This document shows positions 1 through 9,466 of a stretch of 64,000 nt of DNA, piece by piece. This DNA is from Patescibacteria group bacterium (lineage in GTDB: Bacteria; Patescibacteriota; Microgenomatia; UBA8517). Under the pieces are notes generated by a model, which had not been told where the DNA came from, searched no databases, and worked only from the letters and a program-made list of their open reading frames with translations. A program made the translations under genes and the position numbers. The stretch lies in assembly GCA_035692185.1 (NCBI GenBank), contig DASSIE010000023.1, positions 8,259 to 72,258 of the forward strand, written 5' to 3'. How positions within the stretch are numbered: the stretch's first letter is position 1; each line of letters begins with the position of its first letter.

Positions 1-354
1 AATTAAGAAAAATAGAGAATTTAAATTAGCGCTTATAAGTAGGGCAGTTGCACCTAGGAAAAAAGCTTCTAGGACTGCAATGAAAATTGGTAAAGATCCG
101 GAGGCAATTGGTCGATCCTTTTTTCTTGGGTGTAATCTGTCGCGTTTTGCATCTAACAAATCATTAACTACATAAGTTGCTGATGAAGCAAAACAAAAGG
201 CAACAAATGCTTGAAAAGCGAGTCCAAACAATCCTTTTTCAAACATTATTCCAGATAAGAAAAGGGCAGCGAAAATAGAAACATTTTTAATCCAATGAAT
301 TGGCCTCGCGACTTTTATTATCGCTGTAATTAAATTATCCTTCGAGTTTTGCAT
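1..354 (-). CDS. UbiA-family polyprenyl-phosphate prenyl/phosphoribosyl-transferase, N-terminal part. The gene runs off the window edge. Resembles decaprenyl-phosphate phosphoribosyltransferase.
   Basis: Reverse-strand ATG at 352-354. Translation MQNSKDNLITAIIKVARPIHWIKNVSIFAALFLSG...NDLLDAKRDRLHPRKKDRPIASG carries the UbiA Asp-rich NDxxDxxxD motif followed by HPxKxxRPIAxG. It is missing from the ORF track because it is truncated by the window edge. Confidence 0.5.
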   Translation of the reverse strand, partial: MQNSKDNLITAIIKVARPIHWIKNVSIFAALFLSGIMFEKGLFGLAFQAFVAFCFASSATYVVNDLLDAKRDRLHPRKKDRPIASGSLPIFIAVLEAFFLGATALLISANLNSLFFLI

Positions 355-355
355 A

Positions 356-1441
356 TTAGAGATCTTGTTTTTGATTTGTATTTCTTTTGGTAAGGAATAA
401 AAATAATCCCGCCAAAAATACCGCTATACCTATCATTGTATAAACCTTTGCCCCAGTATTCAAATTTATTGCAAAGATTGCAAGTATTGCAGTAATTCCC
501 CAGTAGAAAATTGCAACTTGGCCTTTTGTGAAACCAGCATCTAGGAGCTTGTGGTGTAAATGATCCCTGTCTCCCCAAACCGGGGATTTACCTTTTAACA
601 TTCTTTTGATTACAACATAACCTGTGTCAATAAGTGGAATTCCTAGAACAACAAGTAATATTCCCACTTTGGCGGTTGCGAGTATTGATAATACTCCGAG
701 TAAGTATCCGGCAAGTGTACTACCACCATACCCCGGCATTATTTTTTGAGGGAATATATGCCATGGCAAAAAACCAAAATATGATCCAGCTGTAATTGCT
801 GCCAAAATTATGACGGGCCATTGCGCGGCGTCTGATGAATATTTTAAAGAAACAAAAGCAATAGTTAGAGCTGAAATTACCACAACTCCACTTAATTGAC
901 CGTCAACACCTTTGGCTCCCATGTTAATCATATTCATTAAAAAAGTTATCCAAAATATGGCAAATATGTCGGAAACAAGCCAAATACTATGTGGCGATCC
1001 AAACAAGAAAAAATTGATTTGTGGATGTGCTAAATCTATTATTCCACCGAATGGATTTGTAATAAACGAAATTCCAATTCCAAAAGCAACAGGAATAGAG
1101 GCAGCTAAAAGCCCCAACAATAGTCGCAAATATGGATTTAAGTTATATTTGTCGTCAATTAGACCCATTGCAACCAATACAATTGCTCCCAAAAAAATAC
1201 CTAAAATATGTTTATCAAATGGCAAGTAAAGGTAAGAAGCGATAGCAATTGCTATAAAAATTGCCAAACCACCTGCCCGGGGCACCGGATATGTATGAAT
1301 AACTTTTGGATGCTTATTTATTTTTGGGTCATCAACAATACCTAACTTGTTTGCAAATTTAATAACCAGAGGGGTTACTAAAAAAGCCGAAATTGCAGCA
1401 ACAATCCAGGGAAGCAAAAATATATAACGTATGTCACCCAT
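356..1441 (-). CDS. Glycosyltransferase family 4 polyprenyl-phosphate sugar-1-phosphate transferase (MraY/WecA family)
   Basis: 361 aa multi-pass membrane protein. Has the LIDDKYNL Asp-Asp motif, a MINMGAKGVDGQLSG motif (NxxNxxDGxDGL-like) and a HHKLLDAGF His cluster. Its stop abuts the UbiA-like gene start. Confidence 0.6.
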   Translation of the reverse strand: MGDIRYIFLLPWIVAAISAFLVTPLVIKFANKLGIVDDPKINKHPKVIHTYPVPRAGGLAIFIAIAIASYLYLPFDKHILGIFLGAIVLVAMGLIDDKYNLNPYLRLLLGLLAASIPVAFGIGISFITNPFGGIIDLAHPQINFFLFGSPHSIWLVSDIFAIFWITFLMNMINMGAKGVDGQLSGVVVISALTIAFVSLKYSSDAAQWPVIILAAITAGSYFGFLPWHIFPQKIMPGYGGSTLAGYLLGVLSILATAKVGILLVVLGIPLIDTGYVVIKRMLKGKSPVWGDRDHLHHKLLDAGFTKGQVAIFYWGITAILAIFAINLNTGAKVYTMIGIAVFLAGLFLFLTKRNTNQKQDL

Positions 1442-1456
1442 TTTATTTAATTTAAA

Positions 1457-1882
1457 TTAGAAAAAGCCTACAAGAAAGATTATTTTAAGTATTGTGATAG
1501 TTGTCAAAAGTGAAACTAAAAATGACGCGGCAATATAGACCTTTTTAGTAAATACATCTTGGCTTTTAAAACTCAAATATAAGTTAAGTAAAGTTATCAA
1601 AAAAGAAATACCCGGGGCAACAAGTAGCCCATAAACTGGAATAAGTTGATCGGGCCCAACTGCTCTACCATAAAAAAGAGGCACCGTTGGTGGAAGTAAA
1701 TTTTTAAAAATAAGTACAACAAACAATGTGCCAAAATTCATAAAAAAAGATAGGTAAACGTAACTTTTAAACGGGGCATCTTTGAGGCTTTGTGCTAGCT
1801 GTGTTTTTACCGACATAATATAGGGAGATTGTACACCTGTTGTATTACCGAGCCAAATCAATTCGGGTGTAAATATCGGCAT
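1457..1882 (-). CDS. Small polytopic membrane protein of unknown function
   Basis: Hydrophobic ORF. The track start at 1906 overlaps the upstream gene by 62 nt. Internal ATGs at 1882 (MPIFTPE) or 1816 (MSVKT) are more plausible starts. Confidence 0.3.
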   Translation of the reverse strand: MPIFTPELIWLGNTTGVQSPYIMSVKTQLAQSLKDAPFKSYVYLSFFMNFGTLFVVLIFKNLLPPTVPLFYGRAVGPDQLIPVYGLLVAPGISFLITLLNLYLSFKSQDVFTKKVYIAASFLVSLLTTITILKIIFLVGFF

Positions 1883-3347
1883 TTTCAATTTGATGCAATA
1901 ATACATAACGGCTATTTAAGAGAGATCTAATTTCAACAATAGAATTCCCCGAGGTGAGAATTATAAATTTTGGGGGATTTTGTTTAAGCAGACCAACTAG
2001 ATCTTTTTTGTTCGAGTAGTCGTTAACGTGGTATGGAATGGTCCATTTAACAGGGGGAAGCCTGTGAGATAGGGCATAGACTGTAGCCGAGTCTGGATCC
2101 CACATAAACACACGATCGGAGGACTTACTTGACTCGGTTAAAAACTCAGCAATCTTGTAGTTTCTGTTAACTGTGGACCCAAATTCTGTAAAATATTCTC
2201 CTTTTGTGGTTTTATGTATGGCAAAGTTAATAAATCTTTGGTAATAAGTAGCCGTTGGATAAAACCAAAATCTGTAATAAACAGGTACAAAAAAAGTTAA
2301 GGCTAGTGGAATAACAACCAAAGCTTGTTCAAAGTTTTTTTCTGTAAAGAACATTGCCAAAAGAAATGAAAGTGGGGCGACTGTTTGGATCAGGTAATGT
2401 GGATATGGTCTTTCGGACAGTGTTACTGCAAAAAGGGCAAACAAACTCCAAACACAAAACAAAATAAACTTTTTTGAGAGCTTATTTTTAAAGATAAACA
2501 GAACCCCTGATCCAAGAAGGACTATTAAACCGCGAATAAGGAGTGGAGCATTTTTTTCGATAAATGATTTTTGAACATCTCCCGGCCTAAAACTACTTAA
2601 ATAGCCTACGTTTTGCAAAAATGCCGCCTTAATGTATTCCGATAGTGCACCTTTAAAAAAGTACCAAACAAAGGTGAGAAGTATTGGTAATAAGAATCCC
2701 AAGCCTAAAATAACTGTATTTTTAAAAATTTCTTTCCACTCATTTTTAAGGTCACGGGTAATAATCCAATAAAAAACTATGACTGGTAAATCAAACAATG
2801 CTGGTATTTTAAAAAGTGCAGAAATACCAAAAAGCATGCCTGTTAAGAATATTTTCTTAGAGTTCAAATTCTTACTTAGGAGTATCAAAATAGCAAGAAT
2901 ACTTGGCGCGACCATAAATAGCTCTGAATTAACAATGTTTCCTTCCAAAAGAGGAATTGTTGTTAACATCGCAAAAATTGAAGTTGCTACTTGCTGAGTT
3001 TTTTCATTTTCAAATAATAGCTTTGAAAGTTTATAAAAAATGGCAACGGTAAACAAAATCCAAAAAGTTAATATTGCTTTAAACCAAAACAAGTTTCCAG
3101 CAATTGCTGCTGTTAAATAAAGTAGGGGAGGTTTATTGTCATATATATCTTTATAAAGCGTTAAACCCTGCCTTACCCCTTGGCCGAGTGTCACATAAAT
3201 CATTTCATCTCCATAATAATAGGGTTCAAAAAACGAAGGGATGCGGAGGATAAGAACCAAGGCCAAAAGTCCTAGAACCCAAGCAGGAAAATCCGGAAGG
3301 TGAAGAATATCACCAACTCTGTGGAGTTTCTGCCAAATGTTTTTCAT
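1845..3347 (-). CDS. GT-C fold glycosyltransferase, ArnT/PMT-like (GT39/GT83 family)
   Basis: 500 aa with about 12 TM segments. N-terminal loop motif YYYGDEMIYVTLGQG is typical of polyprenyl-phosphate-sugar dependent GT-C enzymes. Genuine ATG start at 3345-3347. Confidence 0.55.
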   Translation of the reverse strand: MKNIWQKLHRVGDILHLPDFPAWVLGLLALVLILRIPSFFEPYYYGDEMIYVTLGQGVRQGLTLYKDIYDNKPPLLYLTAAIAGNLFWFKAILTFWILFTVAIFYKLSKLLFENEKTQQVATSIFAMLTTIPLLEGNIVNSELFMVAPSILAILILLSKNLNSKKIFLTGMLFGISALFKIPALFDLPVIVFYWIITRDLKNEWKEIFKNTVILGLGFLLPILLTFVWYFFKGALSEYIKAAFLQNVGYLSSFRPGDVQKSFIEKNAPLLIRGLIVLLGSGVLFIFKNKLSKKFILFCVWSLFALFAVTLSERPYPHYLIQTVAPLSFLLAMFFTEKNFEQALVVIPLALTFFVPVYYRFWFYPTATYYQRFINFAIHKTTKGEYFTEFGSTVNRNYKIAEFLTESSKSSDRVFMWDPDSATVYALSHRLPPVKWTIPYHVNDYSNKKDLVGLLKQNPPKFIILTSGNSIVEIRSLLNSRYVLLHQIENADIYTRIDLAR

Positions 3348-3392
3348 CTCAAATTAAGTATACTATATTGATAAACAAAAACTCTAACTCGA

Positions 3393-4133
3393 ATGTTGGC
3401 TTCAATAATTATAATTACAAAAAACCAAAAAGACCTACTTCAAAGATCTCTACCTATTCTTTTGAAGCAAGAATTGAAAGGTGAATATGAAATTATAATT
3501 GTTGATTCTGGTTCAACCGATGGAGCCGTTGAATACATAAAGTCCTTGCCAGTCAAATTAATACAAATCTTGCCTGAAGATTTTAGGTTTGCAAATGCTT
3601 TTAATACAGGAGCCAAGTTTGCAAATGGTGAATTTTTAGTTCGTCTTTCTGGAGACGTTGTTCCAAGGGATAAAAAGTTTCTATCCGAAATAATAAAACC
3701 TTTCAAAGATAAAAAAGTCGGAGGAACGTACGGGAGATATATTCAAACTGGTAAAAAAGGTTATTCACACCCCAATTTTTGGCCACCGGAAAGGTTTTCT
3801 GACAAGATTGTTCGTTTTAGAGTAAAACCCAATTTACTAAAAATTATTTTTAACATAGACCATTTGACATCTTTAACAAATTTTGCTGGAGCTTGTTGTG
3901 CTATCAGAAAAAGTATTTGGATGACCCGCCATTTTAACGAAAATATATTAGGGGGTGAGGATGCTGAATATGCAATTTATTTACATATGAAAGGTTTCGA
4001 TATCATATACAACCCCAATGCAGAAGTTATACACGAACATAAAATAGAAAATTTAAATGCTGGTTTTTGGAAGGAGTTATCCTGGAGAATCGTTTTTTCT
4101 ATAGAAATTTTTAAACTTTTTCTAAAGTCGTAG
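3393..4133 (+). CDS. GT2 family glycosyltransferase (soluble, DPM-synthase-like)
   Basis: IIITKNQKDLLQRSLPILLKQ...EIIIVDSGSTDG N-terminal Rossmann GT-A signature. Has a DxD-like GGEDAEY motif. Confidence 0.6.
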   Translation: MLASIIIITKNQKDLLQRSLPILLKQELKGEYEIIIVDSGSTDGAVEYIKSLPVKLIQILPEDFRFANAFNTGAKFANGEFLVRLSGDVVPRDKKFLSEIIKPFKDKKVGGTYGRYIQTGKKGYSHPNFWPPERFSDKIVRFRVKPNLLKIIFNIDHLTSLTNFAGACCAIRKSIWMTRHFNENILGGEDAEYAIYLHMKGFDIIYNPNAEVIHEHKIENLNAGFWKELSWRIVFSIEIFKLFLKS

Positions 4134-4136
4134 CGT

Positions 4137-5630
4137 TTACACTTTCTCCGTAACCTTATACTCAATATACTTTCCAAGCATTAAGCGTGTGTGCGCATCC
4201 AGGCCGGGGAGGGCCGAAAAGAAAAATCCAGCAATAGGCATTAAAATAAATTCAAAAGGGGTTAAAATCGCTCTCCACAAAGGGAACGACTCTGGCCTTT
4301 TTGGTTTATGGATATTATCAATCACAATCATGACAACTAAAAATACTAATGATATGGTTAAGATAAATGAGGAAAGTTTAGGAACTGTGTAGCCTAAGGC
4401 AGTTCTGCCAAATGCAGGATTTAAAAATGTTGGGATGGTAAGCCCGATTGTAATTAAAAACCAATTAACTGGCCACAAAAAATGGGACCAAATAACACGA
4501 AACAAACGAGTAGTTTTATCCCAAAAAGGAACATCACGAGCTAGGAAATAACTTTTAATTATCCAAGGATCGTCAGATACACCCCAAGCCCATCTTTGAA
4601 TTTGTTGATATTGATTTTGTAAGGTTTTCCAAAAAGACGGCGACTGAGCAGCATCAGCCAATAGTGGGAGATAAATGGGTTCGACTTCAATTCCACCACC
4701 GACTTTGTAAAACGCTTTAAAAAATATTCCCCAATCCTCAGGAATTTTATCTGGATCCCAGTAATCAACTTGGTGCAATAATTTAAAAGACAAAGAATAA
4801 TTTTGGGCGTTAATAAGTCGATCTCGGCGGGGGAGCTGGGAAAGGTTCCAAATGGTCATAAAAGTATTTAAGACCCGGGTTATGGCTGGAATTTCCCAAA
4901 TATTGTTGTAAAACATAACAGCCGGTTGCCAGAACATTTTGTACCTGTTTGGATTGTCTAAAAATTTGAAAGCCAGGTTTGCAAAGTGTTTTGGATGATA
5001 TTTATGGTCTGCATCACAAGATGTAACTGTAAAGTAATCTAAATTTAATTTGTTTTTTGAGATGTAATTTTTCTCTACCCAAATTGCGGCAAACCTCTCA
5101 TTAGATGCTTTCCCAGCCACCTCACCAACTTTTAATTCATGGACTGTCATGTAAAATTTTTCGAATAAATTGCCGTATTTTTCTTTTAAATATTTAAATT
5201 TAGAGTTTCTGTCCTCATCTGGTTCTTTAAACTCCATAGCAAGTACCGGAATAATTTGTTTTGTAGGAAAATCTTGGTCTGCAATAGACTTGATCGTTCG
5301 CTCCAGAATATGGATAGGCTCTTTATATGTTGGAATAATTACAACATGTATTAATTTTTCCCAGTCAGGAAAACCCTTAACGTCAGCCATCCAGTTATAA
5401 ACTTTTGCAGCTTGAATGCGGGTGTGGGAAATTATTGAACTTATTGCAATTTGAAAGGATTGATAAAACCAATAAATATTAAAGAAAAGTATAAAGTAGG
5501 CAACTACCACTGGAATTACAAATATTCCCCAGTAGGGGAATAGAATTAAGTTCCAAGAAACAAACCCTGGCAAAATCTCAAGAGCCCGGAGGATACCTTT
5601 GTCGTGTTTGATAATAAAAGCTCTAAACAT
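4137..5630 (-). CDS. Membrane-embedded processive GT2 glycosyltransferase (cellulose/chitin-synthase-like)
   Basis: TM helices at both ends. Has VVIIPTYKEP, a TSCDADH DxD motif and a QQIQRWAWG (QxxRW) processivity motif. Confidence 0.55.
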   Translation of the reverse strand: MFRAFIIKHDKGILRALEILPGFVSWNLILFPYWGIFVIPVVVAYFILFFNIYWFYQSFQIAISSIISHTRIQAAKVYNWMADVKGFPDWEKLIHVVIIPTYKEPIHILERTIKSIADQDFPTKQIIPVLAMEFKEPDEDRNSKFKYLKEKYGNLFEKFYMTVHELKVGEVAGKASNERFAAIWVEKNYISKNKLNLDYFTVTSCDADHKYHPKHFANLAFKFLDNPNRYKMFWQPAVMFYNNIWEIPAITRVLNTFMTIWNLSQLPRRDRLINAQNYSLSFKLLHQVDYWDPDKIPEDWGIFFKAFYKVGGGIEVEPIYLPLLADAAQSPSFWKTLQNQYQQIQRWAWGVSDDPWIIKSYFLARDVPFWDKTTRLFRVIWSHFLWPVNWFLITIGLTIPTFLNPAFGRTALGYTVPKLSSFILTISLVFLVVMIVIDNIHKPKRPESFPLWRAILTPFEFILMPIAGFFFSALPGLDAHTRLMLGKYIEYKVTEKV

Positions 5631-5634
5631 GGCG

Positions 5635-7077
5635 TTATTTTACTAACCGAGGAAAAAGTGGCTCGGCTGATTTTATTTTTGGTCCTTTAAATTGGTCATC
5701 AATTTTCTGAGCTGTCTCGGGGATAAAAGGATAGAGATTTAATGAAATGGCGCGAATTGTATCAACTGCTTTTTTAAGAAAGTCGTTTAACTCATCGCCC
5801 GTTAGTTTCCAGGGTTCGATTTTATTTATATCTTGATCCAGTTTTGTTATGTAACTCTCAAAAATATATCTAGTAGCTTCATCGAATCTATATATATCTA
5901 AAAACTTCGTAACATTCTCGTCCAATTTCCACTCTGTTCCTGGAATGACAGGAAATTCAAAACCTGAATTCTCACAGAGTTTAGCTACTCGGGAGACCAG
6001 ATTTCCCAGCCCGTTGGCAAGATCGCCGTTATAAACATCTTTTAATTTTTCTTCAGAAAAGTCACCGTCTGTGAATGGAGAAAACTTAGCAAGTAAGTAA
6101 TAACGCAATCCATCTACTCCATATTTTTCTATCATCTCAACCGGATCGATAACGTTTCCTAATGTTTTACTCATCTTTTGACCGTTAACAGTGAAATAAC
6201 CATGAACAAACAAGGCCTTTGGAAGTTTAAGCCCTGCAGACAAAAGAAAAGAAGGCCAGTAAATTGCATGGAAACGACTAATTCCTTTTCCAATTACATG
6301 TAAGTCTGCTGGCCACCATTTATTGTATTTTTCGTCGTCCCAGCCAAAACCAATTCCTGATTGATAAATGTTTAAAGCATCAAACCAAACATACATTCTT
6401 TGCTTGTCGTCTCCGGGAACCGGGACGCCCCAGTTTTTAGCACGCTCATTACTTCTACTGATACTGATATCTTGAAGTGGTTCTTTTAAGAAAGATAGCA
6501 TTTCATTCTTTCTCTCTTCGGGGCTGATTTTTAGTTTGTCTGATTTAATTAACTCGATCAGTTGTTTTTGATACTTTGAAAGTTTGAAGAAATAATTTTC
6601 CTCGGAAACATTTTCCAGTTTTTTACCTGGGTGTTCAAAACATTCTCCGTTCTCGTTTAGTTCGGAAGGAAGGTAGAACTGCTCACAACCTACACAGTAA
6701 AGTCCTTCATAGGTTTTTTTGTAGATATCACCGGCTTTATCGCAAAGTTCCCAAAGTTTTTGAGAGGAAGGAAAATGAGTTTTTTGATCACTCCCTTTTT
6801 GCCAAACTGTAAAATCACAATTCAGTTTTTTTGTTAGTTCCAGAAAAAGATTATTGTTTTTATCTACAAATCTTTGGACATCGTCCCCTGCCTTTTCTGC
6901 CGCCTGGACATTTTTAAGTGCATTTTCGTCTCCACCCGATAAAGAAAGTACGTCTTCGCCTAACAGTTTGTGATACCTGGCAATTGCATCAGTCTGCACA
7001 AGCTCAAGTGCGTGGCCAATATGAGGAGCTGCGTTAACGTAAGGAATAGCCGCGGTTATGTAATATTTCTTGGTCAT
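5635..7077 (-). CDS. metG: Methionyl-tRNA synthetase (short form without C-terminal tRNA-binding domain)
   Basis: AIPYVNAAPHIGHALE (HIGH motif), KMSKTLGN (KMSKS motif), and a CxxC...CxxC zinc knuckle (CVGCEQF...CFEHPG). Confidence 0.9.
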   Translation of the reverse strand: MTKKYYITAAIPYVNAAPHIGHALELVQTDAIARYHKLLGEDVLSLSGGDENALKNVQAAEKAGDDVQRFVDKNNNLFLELTKKLNCDFTVWQKGSDQKTHFPSSQKLWELCDKAGDIYKKTYEGLYCVGCEQFYLPSELNENGECFEHPGKKLENVSEENYFFKLSKYQKQLIELIKSDKLKISPEERKNEMLSFLKEPLQDISISRSNERAKNWGVPVPGDDKQRMYVWFDALNIYQSGIGFGWDDEKYNKWWPADLHVIGKGISRFHAIYWPSFLLSAGLKLPKALFVHGYFTVNGQKMSKTLGNVIDPVEMIEKYGVDGLRYYLLAKFSPFTDGDFSEEKLKDVYNGDLANGLGNLVSRVAKLCENSGFEFPVIPGTEWKLDENVTKFLDIYRFDEATRYIFESYITKLDQDINKIEPWKLTGDELNDFLKKAVDTIRAISLNLYPFIPETAQKIDDQFKGPKIKSAEPLFPRLVK

Positions 7078-7116
7078 ATGTCATATTGTACAACCTGGAG
7101 TAGGTTTGAAGCTAGT

Positions 7117-7344
7117 TTATTTTTTGTAGACGATAACTTTTTTGCCAGGCTTTGCGTTTGGGTCAAGATTGTCAGGGGTGACAGTTTCACCTTTTACGAC
7201 TACTGTTTTACCATCTTCATTTAACTTTCCAATACGAATATATTTTCCCAAGATAGAATAATCTAAGAAAGCAAAAACTACATTCCCTAAAGTTAATTCA
7301 TCTGCATTTGTAATGTATCTAAATCGATCTTGTGACATGGTCAT
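7117..7344 (-). CDS. Hypothetical small protein
   Basis: 75 aa ORF. Its stop overlaps the start of the upstream gene (ATGA coupling at 7341-7344). Confidence 0.3.
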   Translation of the reverse strand: MTMSQDRFRYITNADELTLGNVVFAFLDYSILGKYIRIGKLNEDGKTVVVKGETVTPDNLDPNAKPGKKVIVYKK

Positions 7345-7676
7345 ATTTTAGCACTAATTTTCTTAATTTTCTCACTCCATACGTTTGCCCATTCTTCTGC
7401 CTCCATTTTCTTCAAAGCTAATTTAAACCCATCTTTATTCATTAGTTTTTTTACTTCCAAAATCTCTTTTGAGGTTGCACCCAAGTTTCTTTTGATATTT
7501 TCTTCGTCCCTTCCTTTTTTAATCCAGTAACCAATAGAAATTCGTTTAATATATTTTTCTAGTTCATCTTCAGAAAAAAAGTCTGACAGAAATAATTCAA
7601 TTTCTTGTTTGTTTTTAAGGTCTTCTATCATCTGAACAAAAGTTTGGAGAAGTTGGCGTTTAAGTGAGGGATTCAT
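7341..7676 (-). CDS. TrpR-like YerC/YecD family helix-turn-helix protein
   Basis: 111 aa. The pattern ...KRISIGYWIKKGRDEENIKRNLGATSKEILEVKK resembles the Trp-repressor-like YerC family. Confidence 0.4.
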   Translation of the reverse strand: MNPSLKRQLLQTFVQMIEDLKNKQEIELFLSDFFSEDELEKYIKRISIGYWIKKGRDEENIKRNLGATSKEILEVKKLMNKDGFKLALKKMEAEEWANVWSEKIKKISAKI

Positions 7677-7679
7677 GGA

Positions 7680-8015
7680 TTATGTACGGCTGAAATATAC
7701 TTCAACACAGATTGCTATTGCAAGAATCAAAAATATATTAAGAATATTGCCAACCCCTAAGTACAAAAGAACAGAGAAAAGAGTTAGAGACAGAGAAGTA
7801 ATAAGTCCACGGCGGGTGCTGGCAAATAAAAGTGAAAACATAAACAAGAAGCTAGCAAATAATAAAACAAAAAATAAAGGTAGTGCCCCAAAAGTGCTTG
7901 GATCAACAAAATAAATAAGTAAACCTAGAAGACTCCATAAAAATATTGTTATTAGTAAGGTCGGTAAAAAGTTTTTTCTTTTAAGTTGTTGCTCTTTTCG
8001 TATATTGCTTCGCAT
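7680..8015 (-). CDS. Small membrane protein (3 TM)
   Basis: Hydrophobic 111 aa ORF with an ATG start. Divergent from rmuC. Confidence 0.3.
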   Translation of the reverse strand: MRSNIRKEQQLKRKNFLPTLLITIFLWSLLGLLIYFVDPSTFGALPLFFVLLFASFLFMFSLLFASTRRGLITSLSLTLFSVLLYLGVGNILNIFLILAIAICVEVYFSRT

Positions 8016-8031
8016 GATTTATAATTAAACA

Positions 8032-8955
8032 ATGGAACTAACTTTGTTAATTATAGTATTAATTGCTCTTGTTGTACTTATCTACGTAACTGTTAATAAA
8101 AAACCAAGCGACGAGATTGTTGAGTGGTTAAAATCAACCTCTACAAGAATCGAAGGCCAAAACAACTCTTTTAACGAGCGCTTAGATAACGCTGCACGCG
8201 TAATTTCCCAAGTTCAAAAAAATATAGGTGAATTTTCTGAAATTGGCCGAGGAATACGCGACCTGCAAGAATTTTTAAACTCGCCAAAATTAAGAGGAAA
8301 CATGGGGGAGCAAGTACTTAAAGAACTTCTTAAACAATTTTTACCACATGGATCGTTTGAACTTCAGTATGTTTTTAAAAGTGGAGAAAAAGTAGATGCG
8401 GCCATAAAAACTAGCGGTGGAATAATTCCAATTGATTCGAAGTTTCCACTCGAAAACTTTAGGAAGATGGCAGGGGACGATGATGTTATAAAAAAAGTTG
8501 CAGCCAAAGATTTTTTTAGCGATGTTAAAAAACATGTTGATGATATAAGTCGCAAATATATTTTGGTTGATGAGGGAACGGTGGATTACGCTTTAATGTA
8601 TATTCCTTCAGAATCTATTTATTACGAAATTGTAAATAATTCGGATCTGTTTGATTATGCTACTCAAAAACGTGTTTTATATGTTTCTCCAAGCACATTT
8701 TACGCTTACATGAAGGCAATTTTAATGAGTTTTGAAGGACAAAAAATAGAAGCACAAGCCAAGCAGATTCTATCCTCGCTTCGCTCGATCCAGAATGACT
8801 ATCAAAAAGTTGAAAATAATTTGTCGGTAATGCAAAAACATTTAACAAACGCTTACAACATGATGGGGAATGTCTTTTCATCATTTAATACCTTGGGGCA
8901 AAAGATTACTTTTACACAAAGATTGGGAAGTGGTGTAAAAGAAAAAGATGGATAA
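8032..8955 (+). CDS. rmuC: DNA recombination protein RmuC
   Basis: N-terminal TM, coiled-coil region, then conserved RmuC core (IPIDSKFPLENF ... YVSPSTFYAYMKAILMSFEGQKIEAQAKQI). Confidence 0.7.
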   Translation: MELTLLIIVLIALVVLIYVTVNKKPSDEIVEWLKSTSTRIEGQNNSFNERLDNAARVISQVQKNIGEFSEIGRGIRDLQEFLNSPKLRGNMGEQVLKELLKQFLPHGSFELQYVFKSGEKVDAAIKTSGGIIPIDSKFPLENFRKMAGDDDVIKKVAAKDFFSDVKKHVDDISRKYILVDEGTVDYALMYIPSESIYYEIVNNSDLFDYATQKRVLYVSPSTFYAYMKAILMSFEGQKIEAQAKQILSSLRSIQNDYQKVENNLSVMQKHLTNAYNMMGNVFSSFNTLGQKITFTQRLGSGVKEKDG

Positions 8956-9454
8956 CTTTTTAGACTTAGCCATAAAAGAAGCAGAAAAATCTTTTGAAAA
9001 TGGAGACTACCCAGTTGGGGCTGTTTTGGTAATTGATAACAAACTGGTTGCAGTTAAAAACAACTCAGGCGAGTCAACTAAAAACTATTCAAATCACGCA
9101 GAAACTCAGTTAATTCTAGACAATGCCAAAGACTTGCTTGTAGCTTGGAAACAAAATAAGGAAATAATTCTTTATTCAACTTTAGAACCATGCTTAATGT
9201 GTTTGGGTGTGGCTACTATGAATAAGATTTCAAAAATTTTTTATATTCAAAAAGATCCTCACGCCGGAGCGTGTGGAATTGATGTCAAGAGTTTAGGAGT
9301 CAGGTATCAAGAAAGTTTTCCGAAAATTGAATATGTTAACTATTCCCAAAGGCCAAAAGAATTAATCATGGAATTTTTGAGCAATCAAATCGAAAAAGGC
9401 GTAAGAGTTGAGTGGAGTAAAAAGTTTTTAGAATTGTTAGAAAATAAATCATGA
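8948..9454 (+). CDS. CMP/dCMP-type zinc deaminase, TadA-like (tRNA adenosine deaminase family)
   Basis: HAETQLI ... TLEPCLMCLGVA (H-A-E and PCxxC zinc ligands). Its ATG overlaps the rmuC stop by 8 nt. Confidence 0.6.
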   Translation: MDNFLDLAIKEAEKSFENGDYPVGAVLVIDNKLVAVKNNSGESTKNYSNHAETQLILDNAKDLLVAWKQNKEIILYSTLEPCLMCLGVATMNKISKIFYIQKDPHAGACGIDVKSLGVRYQESFPKIEYVNYSQRPKELIMEFLSNQIEKGVRVEWSKKFLELLENKS

Positions 9455-9466
9455 TACAATCTGCTT

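Noticed and set aside
912-1229. 105 aa plus-strand ORF nested antisense inside the MraY/WecA-like gene
   Set aside because: It lies entirely within a well-supported membrane-protein CDS on the opposite strand and has a low-complexity K/I-rich translation. This is a typical shadow ORF.
7675-7914. 79 aa Lys-rich plus-strand ORF
   Set aside because: It overlaps almost entirely with the minus-strand 3-TM membrane protein, which has a proper ATG and is operon-coupled. The K-rich translation is the antisense of a Phe/Leu-rich membrane gene.
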